Part shown: piece after piece, positions 55,006 through 64,000 of the stretch
How positions within the stretch are numbered: position 1 is the stretch's first letter
Layout: every line of letters starts with the position of its first letter
NCBI GenBank assembly: GCA_965279375.1
Contig: OZ257156.1
Location: 448,001 to 512,000 of the forward strand
DNA from: Gemmatimonas sp.
GTDB lineage: Bacteria; Gemmatimonadota; Gemmatimonadetes; Gemmatimonadales; Gemmatimonadaceae
DNA length: 64,000 nucleotides
Direction: 5' to 3'
The notes under the pieces: model-generated
What the model was told of the DNA's origin: nothing
The model's database searches: none
Seen by the model: only the letters and a program-made list of their open reading frames with translations
Program-made: the position numbers and the translations under genes

Positions 55006-58000
55006 ATGGACGGCATCTGGAGATGGAGGCGCGGCGCGAGCCGTAGCCCCATCGTCGCGGCGTTCGCGACGATGTTATCGGCGGCAACGCTCGCCGCGCA
55101 GCCGGCAACCCTCACGGGACGCGTCACGACGTCGGCGGCGGCGCCTCTGGGCGATACCCGGGTCGTCATCGTCGGCACGACGCTCGGGGCGATGACCAAC
55201 GCGGACGGACGCTACACCATTCGCGGCGTGCCCGCCGGCACCGTGGACGTGCGCGTGACTCGACTCGGCTATCAGGAGGTCAAGCAGCCCGCCACGCTGA
55301 CGGCGGGTGGCACGACTACCCTGAACTTCACGATGACCGCGAGCGCCGTGCAGCTCAACGAAATGGTCGTCACCGCCACCGGCGTGCAGCGACGGGCCGA
55401 GATCGGTAATTCGGTGTCGATCATCTCGGTCGCCGACCGCGTCAAGGAAACGCCGATCCACAGCATGGGCGACCTGCTGACCGCCAAGGCGCCCGGCCTC
55501 TCGGTCCTGCAGGGCGGCATGAGCGGCACCGGCGCGCAGATTCGCATTCGCGGGCTCAATTCCGTGAGTCGATCCAATGCACCGATCTTCATCGTCGATG
55601 GCGTGCGCATGGACGGCGGCGCCGGCGGGTTCGGCGTCGGTGGCTCGAACTCGAGCCGGTTGAACGACCTCACGCCGGAGGAGATCGAAGACATCGCGGT
55701 CATCAAGGGGCCGTCGGCATCGACGCTCTACGGCACCGATGCCGCGAACGGCGTGATCATCATCAAGACCAAGGGCGGACGGCGCGGCACCACGCGCTTT
55801 GCCTACACCGCTGAAAAGGGTCGCATCACGGACCCCAACGCGTACTGGGACACCTACGCCATCTGGGGGCACACGCCGGCCAATCCCACCGTGCAGACGC
55901 GGTGCATCCTGACCACGATCGCGTCGGGTGCGTGCATCAAGGACAGCGTCACGACGGCGAACATCATGCGCAACAGCGAGCTGACGCCCATCGGCACGGG
56001 AGACCGCAGCCTCTACGGCATGCAGATCTCGGGCGGCAACGACGCCGTTCGCTTTTTCGTGAGCGGCAACTACGAAAACGAACTCGGCCCCGTGCGCATG
56101 CCCGACATCGACGCGGCCTATCTCGCCACAAACAAGGTGGCAGTGCGCGATGAGTGGCTGAATCCCGAGGCGCTGCGCCGCACCTCCGTGCGCGCCAACC
56201 TGAATGCGTCGCTCAACCCGAAGATGGATCTCACCGTCAGTTCGTCGTTCATCAAGTCGAATCAGCGGCTGCCGCAGGTCGACAACAACGTCAACAGCTT
56301 CTACTACAACGCCTACACCAATCCCGGCTTCACGAGACGGAACGTCTGCACGGCTCCCTGCGCGGGACTCGCGTACTCTGGCATCGGCAATCTCGGCCAG
56401 CCGCTCAACGGGTGGGCGCAGTACACGCCCGGCGACATCATGCAGTTCACCACGCTGGAAGACATCCAGCGCTTGCTCGGAAGCGTGACGACCAGCTGGC
56501 GTCCATTCAGCTGGATGGAGAACAACGCCACCACCGGCGTCGACGTGGCCGTGTTCGACAACTTCCGGCTCTGCCGCCTGAACGAGTGCCCTAACTTCGG
56601 AACGCAGCGGCAAGGCTCGATCTCGGACACGCACGGATCGCAGCGCATCTTCACCGGCAACGTGCGGAGCTCGGCCACGTGGAAGCCGCTCGACTGGCTC
56701 AGCGTGAAGGGCACGGTGGGGGCGGACTACATCAACAACCAGTCGGAGAACAGCGTCGCCAGCAGCACGCAGCTCTCTCCCGGTGGACAGACGGTCGGCT
56801 CCGGTGCGGTGAAGAACGCGTCGAATCAGTCGCCCACCGCCACCAAGACGCTGGGCTACTTCGCGCAGGCCCAGTTCAGCATCGACGATCGGCTCTTCAT
56901 CACCGGCGCGGTGCGTAGCGACCAGAACACGGCATTCGGCACGCAGTACAAGGGCGTCAGCTACCCGTCCGCCCAGGTCGCGTGGGCGATCTCGGAAGAG
57001 AGCTTCTTCCCGAAGTTCGACGTGCTCAAGGAGTTCCGTCTGCGTTCGGCGTACGGCTCCTCCGGCGTGCAACCGGGCGCCACCTCCGCCCTGCGCCAGT
57101 TTGCGGCATCGACCGTCAGCCTGGTGACCGACCAGACCGCACTCCTCGCGTCGGCCATCGGCAACCCGAAGCTCAAGCCGGAAACCACGACCGAGTTCGA
57201 AGCCGGCTTCGATTCGCGCTGGCTCGGCGATCGCGTGAACTTCGAGTACACGTACTATCGCAAGCAGTCCAAGGACGCGCTGATCAACCAGAACATCGCC
57301 ACGTCGTCGGGTGCCCCGGTGGGCAGCGTGCTGCGCAACCTCGGCGCCGTGCGCAACTCGGGTGTGGAAGTCTCGCTCAAGGCACAGCTGCTCGACCTGC
57401 AGCAGCTCGGCGAGCTCGGATGGGACGTCACCATCGGCGGGTCGCGCAACAAGAACAAGCTCGTCACGCTCGGACTTGATGACAACGGCAAGCCGATTCC
57501 CACGATTGGCACGGTGACGCGCCAGCAGCAGGGATACCCGCTCAACAGCTTCTTCCTGCAGAAGTACACGTACGCCGATGCGGACAAGAATGGTCTCATC
57601 TCGGTGAACGAAGTCACCCTTGGCGACACCGGCGTGTACGTGGGCTCCGCGCTGCCGTCCAATCTGTTCACGGTGCAGAGCGGCTTCGACTTCCTGAAGA
57701 AGAAGCTGCGCATCATTGCGTCGCTCGACTATCGCGGTGGCTTCACGCTCTTCAACAGCGGCGCCAATTTCCTCTGCGGCAATACGGACGCGTGCTATGC
57801 CAAGTCCAATCCGTCGGCCTCTCTCTTCGAGCAGGCACGGCAGGTGGCTGCGAACTTCACGAACCCCAAGACGCAGTACGGCTACTACGAGAAGGGAGAC
57901 GCGTGGCGATTGCGCGAAGTGTCTGCCGTGGTACGCCTGCCGCGCGGGTGGGCGTCGCGCCTGCGTGCTTCGGATGCAGACTTCCAGTTCGGTGCGCGCA

Positions 58001-58131
58001 ACCTGAAGGTGTGGACCAAGTACACCGGGCAGGATCCGGAAGCGAACTACAGTCAGGGCGATGTACAGACCGATTTCCTGACGACGGCCCCGCGCAAGTT
58101 CTACACGGCGCGCCTCAATCTCCGCTTCTGA
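55006..58131 (+). CDS. SusC/RagA-family TonB-dependent outer-membrane transporter
   Basis: LNEMVVTATG, IRIRG, plug signature IEDIAVIKGPSASTLYGTDAANGVIIIKTK, GNPKLKPE, YTGQDPE, C-terminal Phe. Confidence 0.95.
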   Translation: MDGIWRWRRGASRSPIVAAFATMLSAATLAAQPATLTGRVTTSAAAPLGDTRVVIVGTTLGAMTNADGRYTIRGVPAGTVDVRVTRLGYQEVKQPATLTAGGTTTLNFTMTASAVQLNEMVVTATGVQRRAEIGNSVSIISVADRVKETPIHSMGDLLTAKAPGLSVLQGGMSGTGAQIRIRGLNSVSRSNAPIFIVDGVRMDGGAGGFGVGGSNSSRLNDLTPEEIEDIAVIKGPSASTLYGTDAANGVIIIKTKGGRRGTTRFAYTAEKGRITDPNAYWDTYAIWGHTPANPTVQTRCILTTIASGACIKDSVTTANIMRNSELTPIGTGDRSLYGMQISGGNDAVRFFVSGNYENELGPVRMPDIDAAYLATNKVAVRDEWLNPEALRRTSVRANLNASLNPKMDLTVSSSFIKSNQRLPQVDNNVNSFYYNAYTNPGFTRRNVCTAPCAGLAYSGIGNLGQPLNGWAQYTPGDIMQFTTLEDIQRLLGSVTTSWRPFSWMENNATTGVDVAVFDNFRLCRLNECPNFGTQRQGSISDTHGSQRIFTGNVRSSATWKPLDWLSVKGTVGADYINNQSENSVASSTQLSPGGQTVGSGAVKNASNQSPTATKTLGYFAQAQFSIDDRLFITGAVRSDQNTAFGTQYKGVSYPSAQVAWAISEESFFPKFDVLKEFRLRSAYGSSGVQPGATSALRQFAASTVSLVTDQTALLASAIGNPKLKPETTTEFEAGFDSRWLGDRVNFEYTYYRKQSKDALINQNIATSSGAPVGSVLRNLGAVRNSGVEVSLKAQLLDLQQLGELGWDVTIGGSRNKNKLVTLGLDDNGKPIPTIGTVTRQQQGYPLNSFFLQKYTYADADKNGLISVNEVTLGDTGVYVGSALPSNLFTVQSGFDFLKKKLRIIASLDYRGGFTLFNSGANFLCGNTDACYAKSNPSASLFEQARQVAANFTNPKTQYGYYEKGDAWRLREVSAVVRLPRGWASRLRASDADFQFGARNLKVWTKYTGQDPEANYSQGDVQTDFLTTAPRKFYTARLNLRF

Positions 58132-58149
58132 TCCCACGAGGACGATATC

Positions 58150-59526
58150 ATGACTGCATCACCGTATCGTATCCGCGTCGGATTGGCGCTCAGCGCACTG
58201 ACGCTTGCGGCCTCCTGTTCCAGCGTTCGCGACAGCTTGCTCGAGCCACAGCAACCTGGCGTTATCGGTCCGGAAGCCACCGAGTCACCCACCGCGGCCG
58301 ACGCCCTGCGCAAGGGAGCGCTGAGTCGCTTGCGCGCGGCCACCGTGGGTGGTGAAAGCATCTGGCTGCTCGCCGGGCTCCTGGCCGACGAATGGAAGTC
58401 CGGCGACACCTTCTCGCAGCGCAACGAGACGGATCAGCGCGTTGTGCAGACGAACAACGCCAATGTCTCGTCGATGTATGTGACGCAACACCGTGCCCGT
58501 GGCGCCGCCTACGACGCGCTCGCCGCACTGCGGAAATTCGCTCCGGACACCGTCTCCAAGCAGGCGCAGATGTACTGGGTCATGGGCGTCGCCGAGCTCG
58601 GATTGGCCGAGAACTTCTGCAGTGGCGTGCCCTATGGGTTCCTGGTGGATGGCATTCCCACCTACACCGATCCGCTCACCACGGCACAGGGATTCGCGCT
58701 GGCGCTCACGCACCTCGACTCCGCCCTCACGCTGGCCGCAGCCAGTGACACCTTCACCGTTGCCGTGCGCAACGCGATCCAGATTTCACGCGCACGCGCA
58801 CTGGTGAACATCGGTGGTGCCGCGAACTTCGCGCTCGCGGCCACTGCAGCCGCCAGCGTGCCTACCAGCTTCCAGTACCTGCAGACGTTCTCGCTGACCA
58901 CCACGGACAACGCCGTCTGGTCACTCAACAACAGCCAGAAGCGGTGGGTGGTGGGCGACAGCTTCGATACGGGTGGGCTCATCCAGAACGCGATTCCGTT
59001 CGCCTCCTCCAACGATCCGCGCGTGCCCAAGACGGGCACCACGCTCAACAGCACGTTGCTGCGTGCGTTCGACACGAGCACGTGGTTCGTGCAGCAGACT
59101 ATCTACGGCCGCACCGATCCCGTACCGCTGGCCACGGGCATCGATGCGCGCCTCATCGAAGCCGAAGCGCGTCTGCAGGCGCAGGACATTCCGGGCATGA
59201 TGACGATCCTGAATGCGTTGCGTACGACGTCACAGCGCATCGGCGCGTATCAGGTGCCGGTGATGGCCGCGCTTCCTGCGCCCACCTCGCAGGCGGCGGC
59301 AGTCGACCTGTATTTCCGCGAGAAGGCGTTCTGGTCGTTCAGCCGTGGACAGCGTCTGAGCGACATGCGTCGGCTCATTCGGCAGTACGGACGCACGCAA
59401 GCGCAGGTGTTCCCCTCGGGGCAGTTCTTCAAAGGAGGCACGTACGGGACCGACGTGAACTTCCCCGTCACGACCGACGAGACGCCCAATCCGAAGTGGA
59501 AGGGATGCATCGATCGTAACGCCTGA
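58150..59526 (+). CDS. SusD/RagB-like surface lipoprotein
   Basis: Lipobox AASC, GLLADE, AENFCSGVP, ARLIEAEA, REKAFW...GQRLSDMRRLIRQYG. Confidence 0.9.
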   Translation: MTASPYRIRVGLALSALTLAASCSSVRDSLLEPQQPGVIGPEATESPTAADALRKGALSRLRAATVGGESIWLLAGLLADEWKSGDTFSQRNETDQRVVQTNNANVSSMYVTQHRARGAAYDALAALRKFAPDTVSKQAQMYWVMGVAELGLAENFCSGVPYGFLVDGIPTYTDPLTTAQGFALALTHLDSALTLAAASDTFTVAVRNAIQISRARALVNIGGAANFALAATAAASVPTSFQYLQTFSLTTTDNAVWSLNNSQKRWVVGDSFDTGGLIQNAIPFASSNDPRVPKTGTTLNSTLLRAFDTSTWFVQQTIYGRTDPVPLATGIDARLIEAEARLQAQDIPGMMTILNALRTTSQRIGAYQVPVMAALPAPTSQAAAVDLYFREKAFWSFSRGQRLSDMRRLIRQYGRTQAQVFPSGQFFKGGTYGTDVNFPVTTDETPNPKWKGCIDRNA

Positions 59527-59535
59527 CCAGTTGTA

Positions 59536-59567
59536 TGCGGCGCGTCTCACTCCAGAGACGCGCCGCA
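59536..59567. terminator. GC-rich hairpin between convergent genes
   Basis: Perfect 13-bp stem TGCGGCGCGTCTC/GAGACGCGCCGCA with a 6-nt loop; no clear U-tract. Confidence 0.6.
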
Positions 59568-59584
59568 GGTCGCGGTCCAGCCGA

Positions 59585-60241
59585 TCAGTTCTTCTCCGGC
59601 ACCGTGTCCAGGATCCGCTGTAGTTCGCCGATCTCGTCGTCGTTCACGAGATGCCCCATGCCCGCGTAGAGCGTGGCCGTCACCTGCGCACCCAGTCGCG
59701 TGAACACCGCCGCGCTGTCGGTCACGCGCTCCTTGGGAATGTGGCCGTCGATGTCGCTGCAACCAAAGAACATCGGCATCGTGCCATAGTCGCCGGTGAC
59801 GTCGTCCCACGTGGTGCCCGGCGGCCCGATCAAACCACCGCTGAAGATCACGACGCCGCCGTAGCGCCGCGGAAAGCGCAGGGCGAACTCGGAGGTCAGG
59901 CAGGCGCCCTGCGAGAATCCCAGCAATACGATGCGCTCGGCGGGAACACCCTGCGACATGAGCGAGGTGACGAGCGCTTCCAGCATGCGCAGCGCTGAAC
60001 TCAACGAGGGCTCGTTGCGCTCGCGCGGCTCCATGAAGCCGTAGGGATACCACGTGCCACCAGCGGCGGCCGGCATCACGACCGCGACATTCGGTCGGTC
60101 GAACCGCGGCATCAGCTCGACGATATTCTTGGGCGCGGCATTGCGGCCGTGGACCATGATCAACACTGCGGCAGCATCGGCGATTGGCGCACCGGCATAC
60201 ACGGGCGGTTGATCGGCGTGGGGATCGGGGGACGTGTGCAT
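59585..60241 (-). CDS. Phospholipase/carboxylesterase (alpha/beta hydrolase)
   Basis: MVHGR, TWYP, GFSQGAC, SGGLIG, DGHIP, MGH. Confidence 0.9.
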   Translation of the reverse strand: MHTSPDPHADQPPVYAGAPIADAAAVLIMVHGRNAAPKNIVELMPRFDRPNVAVVMPAAAGGTWYPYGFMEPRERNEPSLSSALRMLEALVTSLMSQGVPAERIVLLGFSQGACLTSEFALRFPRRYGGVVIFSGGLIGPPGTTWDDVTGDYGTMPMFFGCSDIDGHIPKERVTDSAAVFTRLGAQVTATLYAGMGHLVNDDEIGELQRILDTVPEKN

Positions 60242-60275
60242 GCGTGGAATGTGCGTGTCGAGCGCGCGGTCGGCC

Positions 60276-61892
60276 ATGCTCGCAGATTTCCATCGTCCGC
60301 CTCCAGTTCGTGTACGCGTTCCGCCACCGGAGTTGGCCCTGCAACCCATCGAACGATTCTACCGACGCGCCGACGCGCACCCGGAGCGCATCGCGCTCCT
60401 CAGTGCAGATGGCGCGCGCACGCTTGGCGAGGCGTCACCACTGGGCATCAGCTACGGCGCGCTGCGCCAGATGGTGGACGCGATCGCCTGCGGACTGCAG
60501 GCGCTCGACCCAACACCAGGCAGCCGCGTTGGGATCTGTGCGAAGAACTCTGCGGAGCACCTGATCGCGCTGCTTTCCACCTATGCCGCAGGCAAAGTGT
60601 GGGTGCCGCTCAGTCCGCGGAATGGGCGCGCCGAGCTGCATGCGATGCTCGCTGCCACGCGACCGGCCATCGTGATTTCAGATGTGGCGAGCATGCCGCT
60701 TGTGGCGTCGAGCGGTGCGATATGCGTAGTGGCGGACGCCGAGCCGGACACCGCCGCGACGCGTGAGTCGACGCCTTCGCTCATCGGCATGTGGCGACGC
60801 TTCGCCGGGGGCACACCGGCCGCTCATGCGCGCGGCGACGAGGATGCACAGATCATCAAGTTCAGCGGCGGCAGTACGGGCGCGCCCAAACCGGTGGTGC
60901 AGTCGGTGCGGTGCCTGCATGCGCAGGCCGATGGACTGCGCGACTTCTTCGAGTTTGCCGACGACGACGTGAACCTCATCGCCGCGCCGCTCACGCACGG
61001 TGCTTCGTGCTTCGTGCTGCCCATTCTCGAGCGCGGTGGAAGGCACGTGATGCTCGCCGAGCCCAAAGCGCCGATGGTGCTCGCGGCCATCGCCGCGCAT
61101 GGTGTGACCACGATGTACGCACCGCCCACACTGCTCTACGCCATCATGGAGCAGGAGGAGGCGCCGCGTGAGGCGCGCGCGTCGCTCCGGCATGTGATCT
61201 ACTCCGCTGCGCCGATGACGCCGGAGCGGATTCGCGAGTGCCAGCGTTTCTTCGGACCGGTTGTCGAAACCGCCTACGGCCAGGTGGAGGCGCCACAGAT
61301 CATCAGCGGCATGCGTGCCGCGGAGCTGCTGGACGACGCCAATCTGACGTCCGTCGGGCGCCCCTCGCCTGTGGTACAGGTGGGCATCATGTCACCTAAC
61401 GGTGAACTGCAGCCCGACGGCGAGGAGGGGGAGATCGTCGTGCGTGGGCCGCTGCTGATGAGCGGGTATCTCGATCGCGCCGACGAAACGGCGCGCGCGC
61501 TGGTGGACGGTTGGCTGCACACCGGCGACGTGGGGCTGCTTGACGCACGCGGCTACCTGTTCATTCGCGGGCGCTTGCGCGAGACGATCAACAGCGGGGG
61601 CTTCAAGATCTTTCCGGGCGACGTGGATGCGTCGCTGCAGCGACATCCGGCGGTGGCGGAGGCAGCGGCGTTTGGCATGGACGACGCCAAGTGGGGCGAG
61701 GCGGTGCACGCCGCCGTGGTGCTGGCGCCGGGCGCCGTGGCGACCGCGGAGGAACTCATCGCGCACGTGAAGCAGGAACTGGGTTCGGTGAAGGCGCCCA
61801 AGCGGATCTGGTGGCTGACTCAGTTGGAGCGCAACGCGGCCGGAAAGGTGAGTCGTGCCGGCGTGAAAGCAGCGGTGCTCAGGGACGCGTAG
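60276..61892 (+). CDS. AMP-binding acyl-CoA synthetase/ligase
   Basis: FSGGSTGAPK, YGQVE, GWLHTGD, INSGG, KWGE, GKV. Start uncertain. Confidence 0.9.
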   Translation: MLADFHRPPPVRVRVPPPELALQPIERFYRRADAHPERIALLSADGARTLGEASPLGISYGALRQMVDAIACGLQALDPTPGSRVGICAKNSAEHLIALLSTYAAGKVWVPLSPRNGRAELHAMLAATRPAIVISDVASMPLVASSGAICVVADAEPDTAATRESTPSLIGMWRRFAGGTPAAHARGDEDAQIIKFSGGSTGAPKPVVQSVRCLHAQADGLRDFFEFADDDVNLIAAPLTHGASCFVLPILERGGRHVMLAEPKAPMVLAAIAAHGVTTMYAPPTLLYAIMEQEEAPREARASLRHVIYSAAPMTPERIRECQRFFGPVVETAYGQVEAPQIISGMRAAELLDDANLTSVGRPSPVVQVGIMSPNGELQPDGEEGEIVVRGPLLMSGYLDRADETARALVDGWLHTGDVGLLDARGYLFIRGRLRETINSGGFKIFPGDVDASLQRHPAVAEAAAFGMDDAKWGEAVHAAVVLAPGAVATAEELIAHVKQELGSVKAPKRIWWLTQLERNAAGKVSRAGVKAAVLRDA

Positions 61893-61973
61893 ATTCCTGA
61901 AGCCTGATAACCGTCGCGTGCCGATGAACGGCTCAGCGCGTCGAACATGACTTTGACTTCACGGACCACGCAG

Positions 61974-63395
61974 ATGGCTGATCGCACGTTGACGACGGAC
62001 TATCTGATCATCGGCGCAGGCGCGGTATCGATGGCATTCGTCGACACGCTTCTGACGGAAAGTGATGCGGACGTCATCATGGTGGATCGGCGACACCGCT
62101 GCGGAGGCCACTGGAACGATGCGTATCCATTCGTGCGGCTGCATCAGCCGTCGGCGTACTATGGCGTCGCGTCGCGCGATCTGAGCAGCTGGACGATGGA
62201 GTCGACTGGTCCGAACGCGGGGATGTATTCGCTCGCGTCGGGCGCCGAGGTCTTGGCGCACTTCGACAACGTCATGCACGAACGGTTTCTGGCGTCGGGG
62301 CGCGTGCGGTTTCTGTCGATGAGCGAGTACTCCGAAGGCCCGGACGGTGCCCATGTCGCGCGCTCACTCACAAGCGGCGAGACGACGACCATCAGCGTGC
62401 GGAAGAAAGTTGTCGATGGCCGGTTGATGAACACGCAGATTCCGTCCACACATCCGCCGAAGTATCGAGTCGCTGACGACGTTCTGTGCATCCCGCCCAA
62501 CGGGCTGACCAATCTGCGGCGACCGTACGCCAACTACACAGTGGTTGGCGCCGGCAAGACCGCCATCGATGCGTGCCTGTGGCTGCTGACGAACGACGTG
62601 GCGCCTTCGCGGATTCGCTGGATCATGCCACGCGACCCGTGGTTACTCGATCGCGCCAACTTCCAACCCGGCATCGAACGATTCGAAGCGACGGGCGGGG
62701 CCCTCGCCGGCCAGTTCGAGTCGATCGCCGAGTCGGCCTCCATCGATGACCTGCTCGCACGGCTCGAGACCCGCGGCTTACTCATGCGCGTCGACTCTGC
62801 TGTCACGCCAACGATGTACCACTGCGCGGTCGTGTCCCGCGGCGAAATGGCGCTACTCCGCGGCATCACCGATGTCGTCCGCATGGGGCGCGTGCAGTCG
62901 ATCGAGCCATCACGCCTGGTGCTCGACGGGGGTTCGCTCGATGCGGACCCGGATTCGCTCTACATCGACTGCAGCGCGAGCGCGATCCCCTCAGGAAGTC
63001 GCGAGCGGCACATCACCTTTGCCGGTAATCGGATCAACTTGGTGATGATCCGACTCTGCCAGCCGTGCTTCAGCGCAGCGGCCATCGCGTGGGTCGAATG
63101 TCACGTCGACGATCCGTCAGCGCAGAATGCGCTCTGCGCACAGGTACCGGCACCAGATGTACCGGCCGACTGGTTGCGCATGTGGGCCGCCACCCTACAG
63201 AACATGCGCGCTTGGCGTCAGCATCCTGAATTCGACGCGTGGTTGGGTGCGCTTCGCCTCAACAGCGCCGTCACGATGTTACGCGGCGGCACCCGCGAGG
63301 ATCCGGCGGTACAAGCGCGGCTCGGCGCCATCGGGGCCTCGTCGCAGGCGGCTGCGGCCGCGCTCCCACGCCTGCTCGCCACGCTGCAGGGGTAG
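61974..63395 (+). CDS. NAD(P)/FAD-dependent oxidoreductase
   Basis: DYLIIGAG, GGHWNDAYPFVRLHQPS.YYGV, VVGAGKTAID. Alternative start at 61947. Confidence 0.85.
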   Translation: MADRTLTTDYLIIGAGAVSMAFVDTLLTESDADVIMVDRRHRCGGHWNDAYPFVRLHQPSAYYGVASRDLSSWTMESTGPNAGMYSLASGAEVLAHFDNVMHERFLASGRVRFLSMSEYSEGPDGAHVARSLTSGETTTISVRKKVVDGRLMNTQIPSTHPPKYRVADDVLCIPPNGLTNLRRPYANYTVVGAGKTAIDACLWLLTNDVAPSRIRWIMPRDPWLLDRANFQPGIERFEATGGALAGQFESIAESASIDDLLARLETRGLLMRVDSAVTPTMYHCAVVSRGEMALLRGITDVVRMGRVQSIEPSRLVLDGGSLDADPDSLYIDCSASAIPSGSRERHITFAGNRINLVMIRLCQPCFSAAAIAWVECHVDDPSAQNALCAQVPAPDVPADWLRMWAATLQNMRAWRQHPEFDAWLGALRLNSAVTMLRGGTREDPAVQARLGAIGASSQAAAAALPRLLATLQG

Positions 63396-63418
63396 CGTCC
63401 GCGCGCGGTCTGCCCGCC

Positions 63419-63889
63419 TCAGACCCCGAACTGCCGCAAGTGATGATCGAGGTGCTTGGACATCAGCGCGTTCCACTCCGACGACGTGAGCGGACCGAAC
63501 GACAGTGACTCGCGCCCCTCGAACCGGGTGCGACCCTCGGCGGCGACACGCTGCAGATACGCAATCAGCCGGTCGCGTTCTGCCGCGAACTCGCGCTCAT
63601 CGGTGATGCGAAAGGCCGGCGCGGTGGGAGTGCCCTGCGAGTACGGTACCGGGCCGATCACGCGGTCCTTCACCAACGTGCGCAGCACCCAGCGCATGAC
63701 GGGATTCGGACGTGGATGCTTGTCGGTGTAGACCATCTCGTACGTCACGCAGCAGTGCGCCAACATCTGCGCAACGGTCATTTTCCCCCAGACGGGCCGC
63801 GAGTCCGGCGTGAGCGCGTTGATGCGCGCGATCGCGTGGTCCAGCGTCTGGGCATCGAACAGGTCGGGAAACGTTCCGATAGTCGGCAC
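63419..63889 (-). CDS. DUF1569 (DinB-like) protein
   Basis: WGKMTVAQMLAHC, FGPLT..EW, KHLDHHLRQFGV. Confidence 0.88.
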   Translation of the reverse strand: MPTIGTFPDLFDAQTLDHAIARINALTPDSRPVWGKMTVAQMLAHCCVTYEMVYTDKHPRPNPVMRWVLRTLVKDRVIGPVPYSQGTPTAPAFRITDEREFAAERDRLIAYLQRVAAEGRTRFEGRESLSFGPLTSSEWNALMSKHLDHHLRQFGV

Positions 63890-64000
63890 GGCGGCTCCTT
63901 GGCGTTCGGGGAATGTCGTTGGCGCTTGGCGCGCGACGAGAACAACTTATCGCGCCTGCGATCGACTCGGGAGCAACGGCAGCGATCGAGTTAGACGATC

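Noticed and set aside
55075..58137. 1020-aa minus-strand ORF, and similar long antisense ORFs at 18700-20346, 30934-32424, 32476-34446, 42384-44219 and 50552-52321
   Set aside because: They mirror well-supported genes on the opposite strand, lack motifs and are expected from high-GC codon bias.
60329..60341. Possible CTG start for the acyl-CoA ligase after GGAG
   Set aside because: It cannot be distinguished from the upstream ATG at 60276 without homologue alignment or proteomics.
1..64000. tRNA, rRNA, tmRNA, RNase P, SRP RNA, IS elements, prophage genes
   Set aside because: No diagnostic motifs were seen by eye. A covariance-model scan would be needed to exclude small RNAs definitively.

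Overview
GC-rich bacterial chromosomal window of about 50 genes. Two SusC/SusD-type pairs, many secreted hydrolases with Gly/Arg-rich linkers and a stand-alone plug-domain lipoprotein suggest Gemmatimonadota; this is an inference, not a placement. Amide- and peptide-bond hydrolases dominate: two P1/DmpA-fold, M14, M20, M28, M61-like, two S9, two other zincins, four amidohydrolase genes and three MBL-fold proteins. I recognised no glycoside hydrolase. Other genes include transporters (DHA2 MFS, SSS, CPA1 antiporter, Kir-type channel), a PlpD-like patatin, a YciI/ECF42 sigma module with its predicted promoter, a Phd/VapC toxin-antitoxin pair, a Uma2 nuclease, and an MbnH-like di-heme enzyme lacking an adjacent MbnP. 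I found no rRNA, tRNA, CRISPR array or transposase. The most notable observations are: (i) SusCD loci linked to peptide/amide hydrolases, one preceded by a free plug-domain lipoprotein and a ~300-nt structured leader; (ii) a Kir channel with filter TTGTG rather than TxGYG, plus a kup gene collapsed by an internal deletion; (iii) several enzymes with altered catalytic motifs; (iv) three short tandem-repeat tracts at regulatory or junction positions. Family calls come from motif recognition by eye, not database searches, and many start codons were re-chosen manually.
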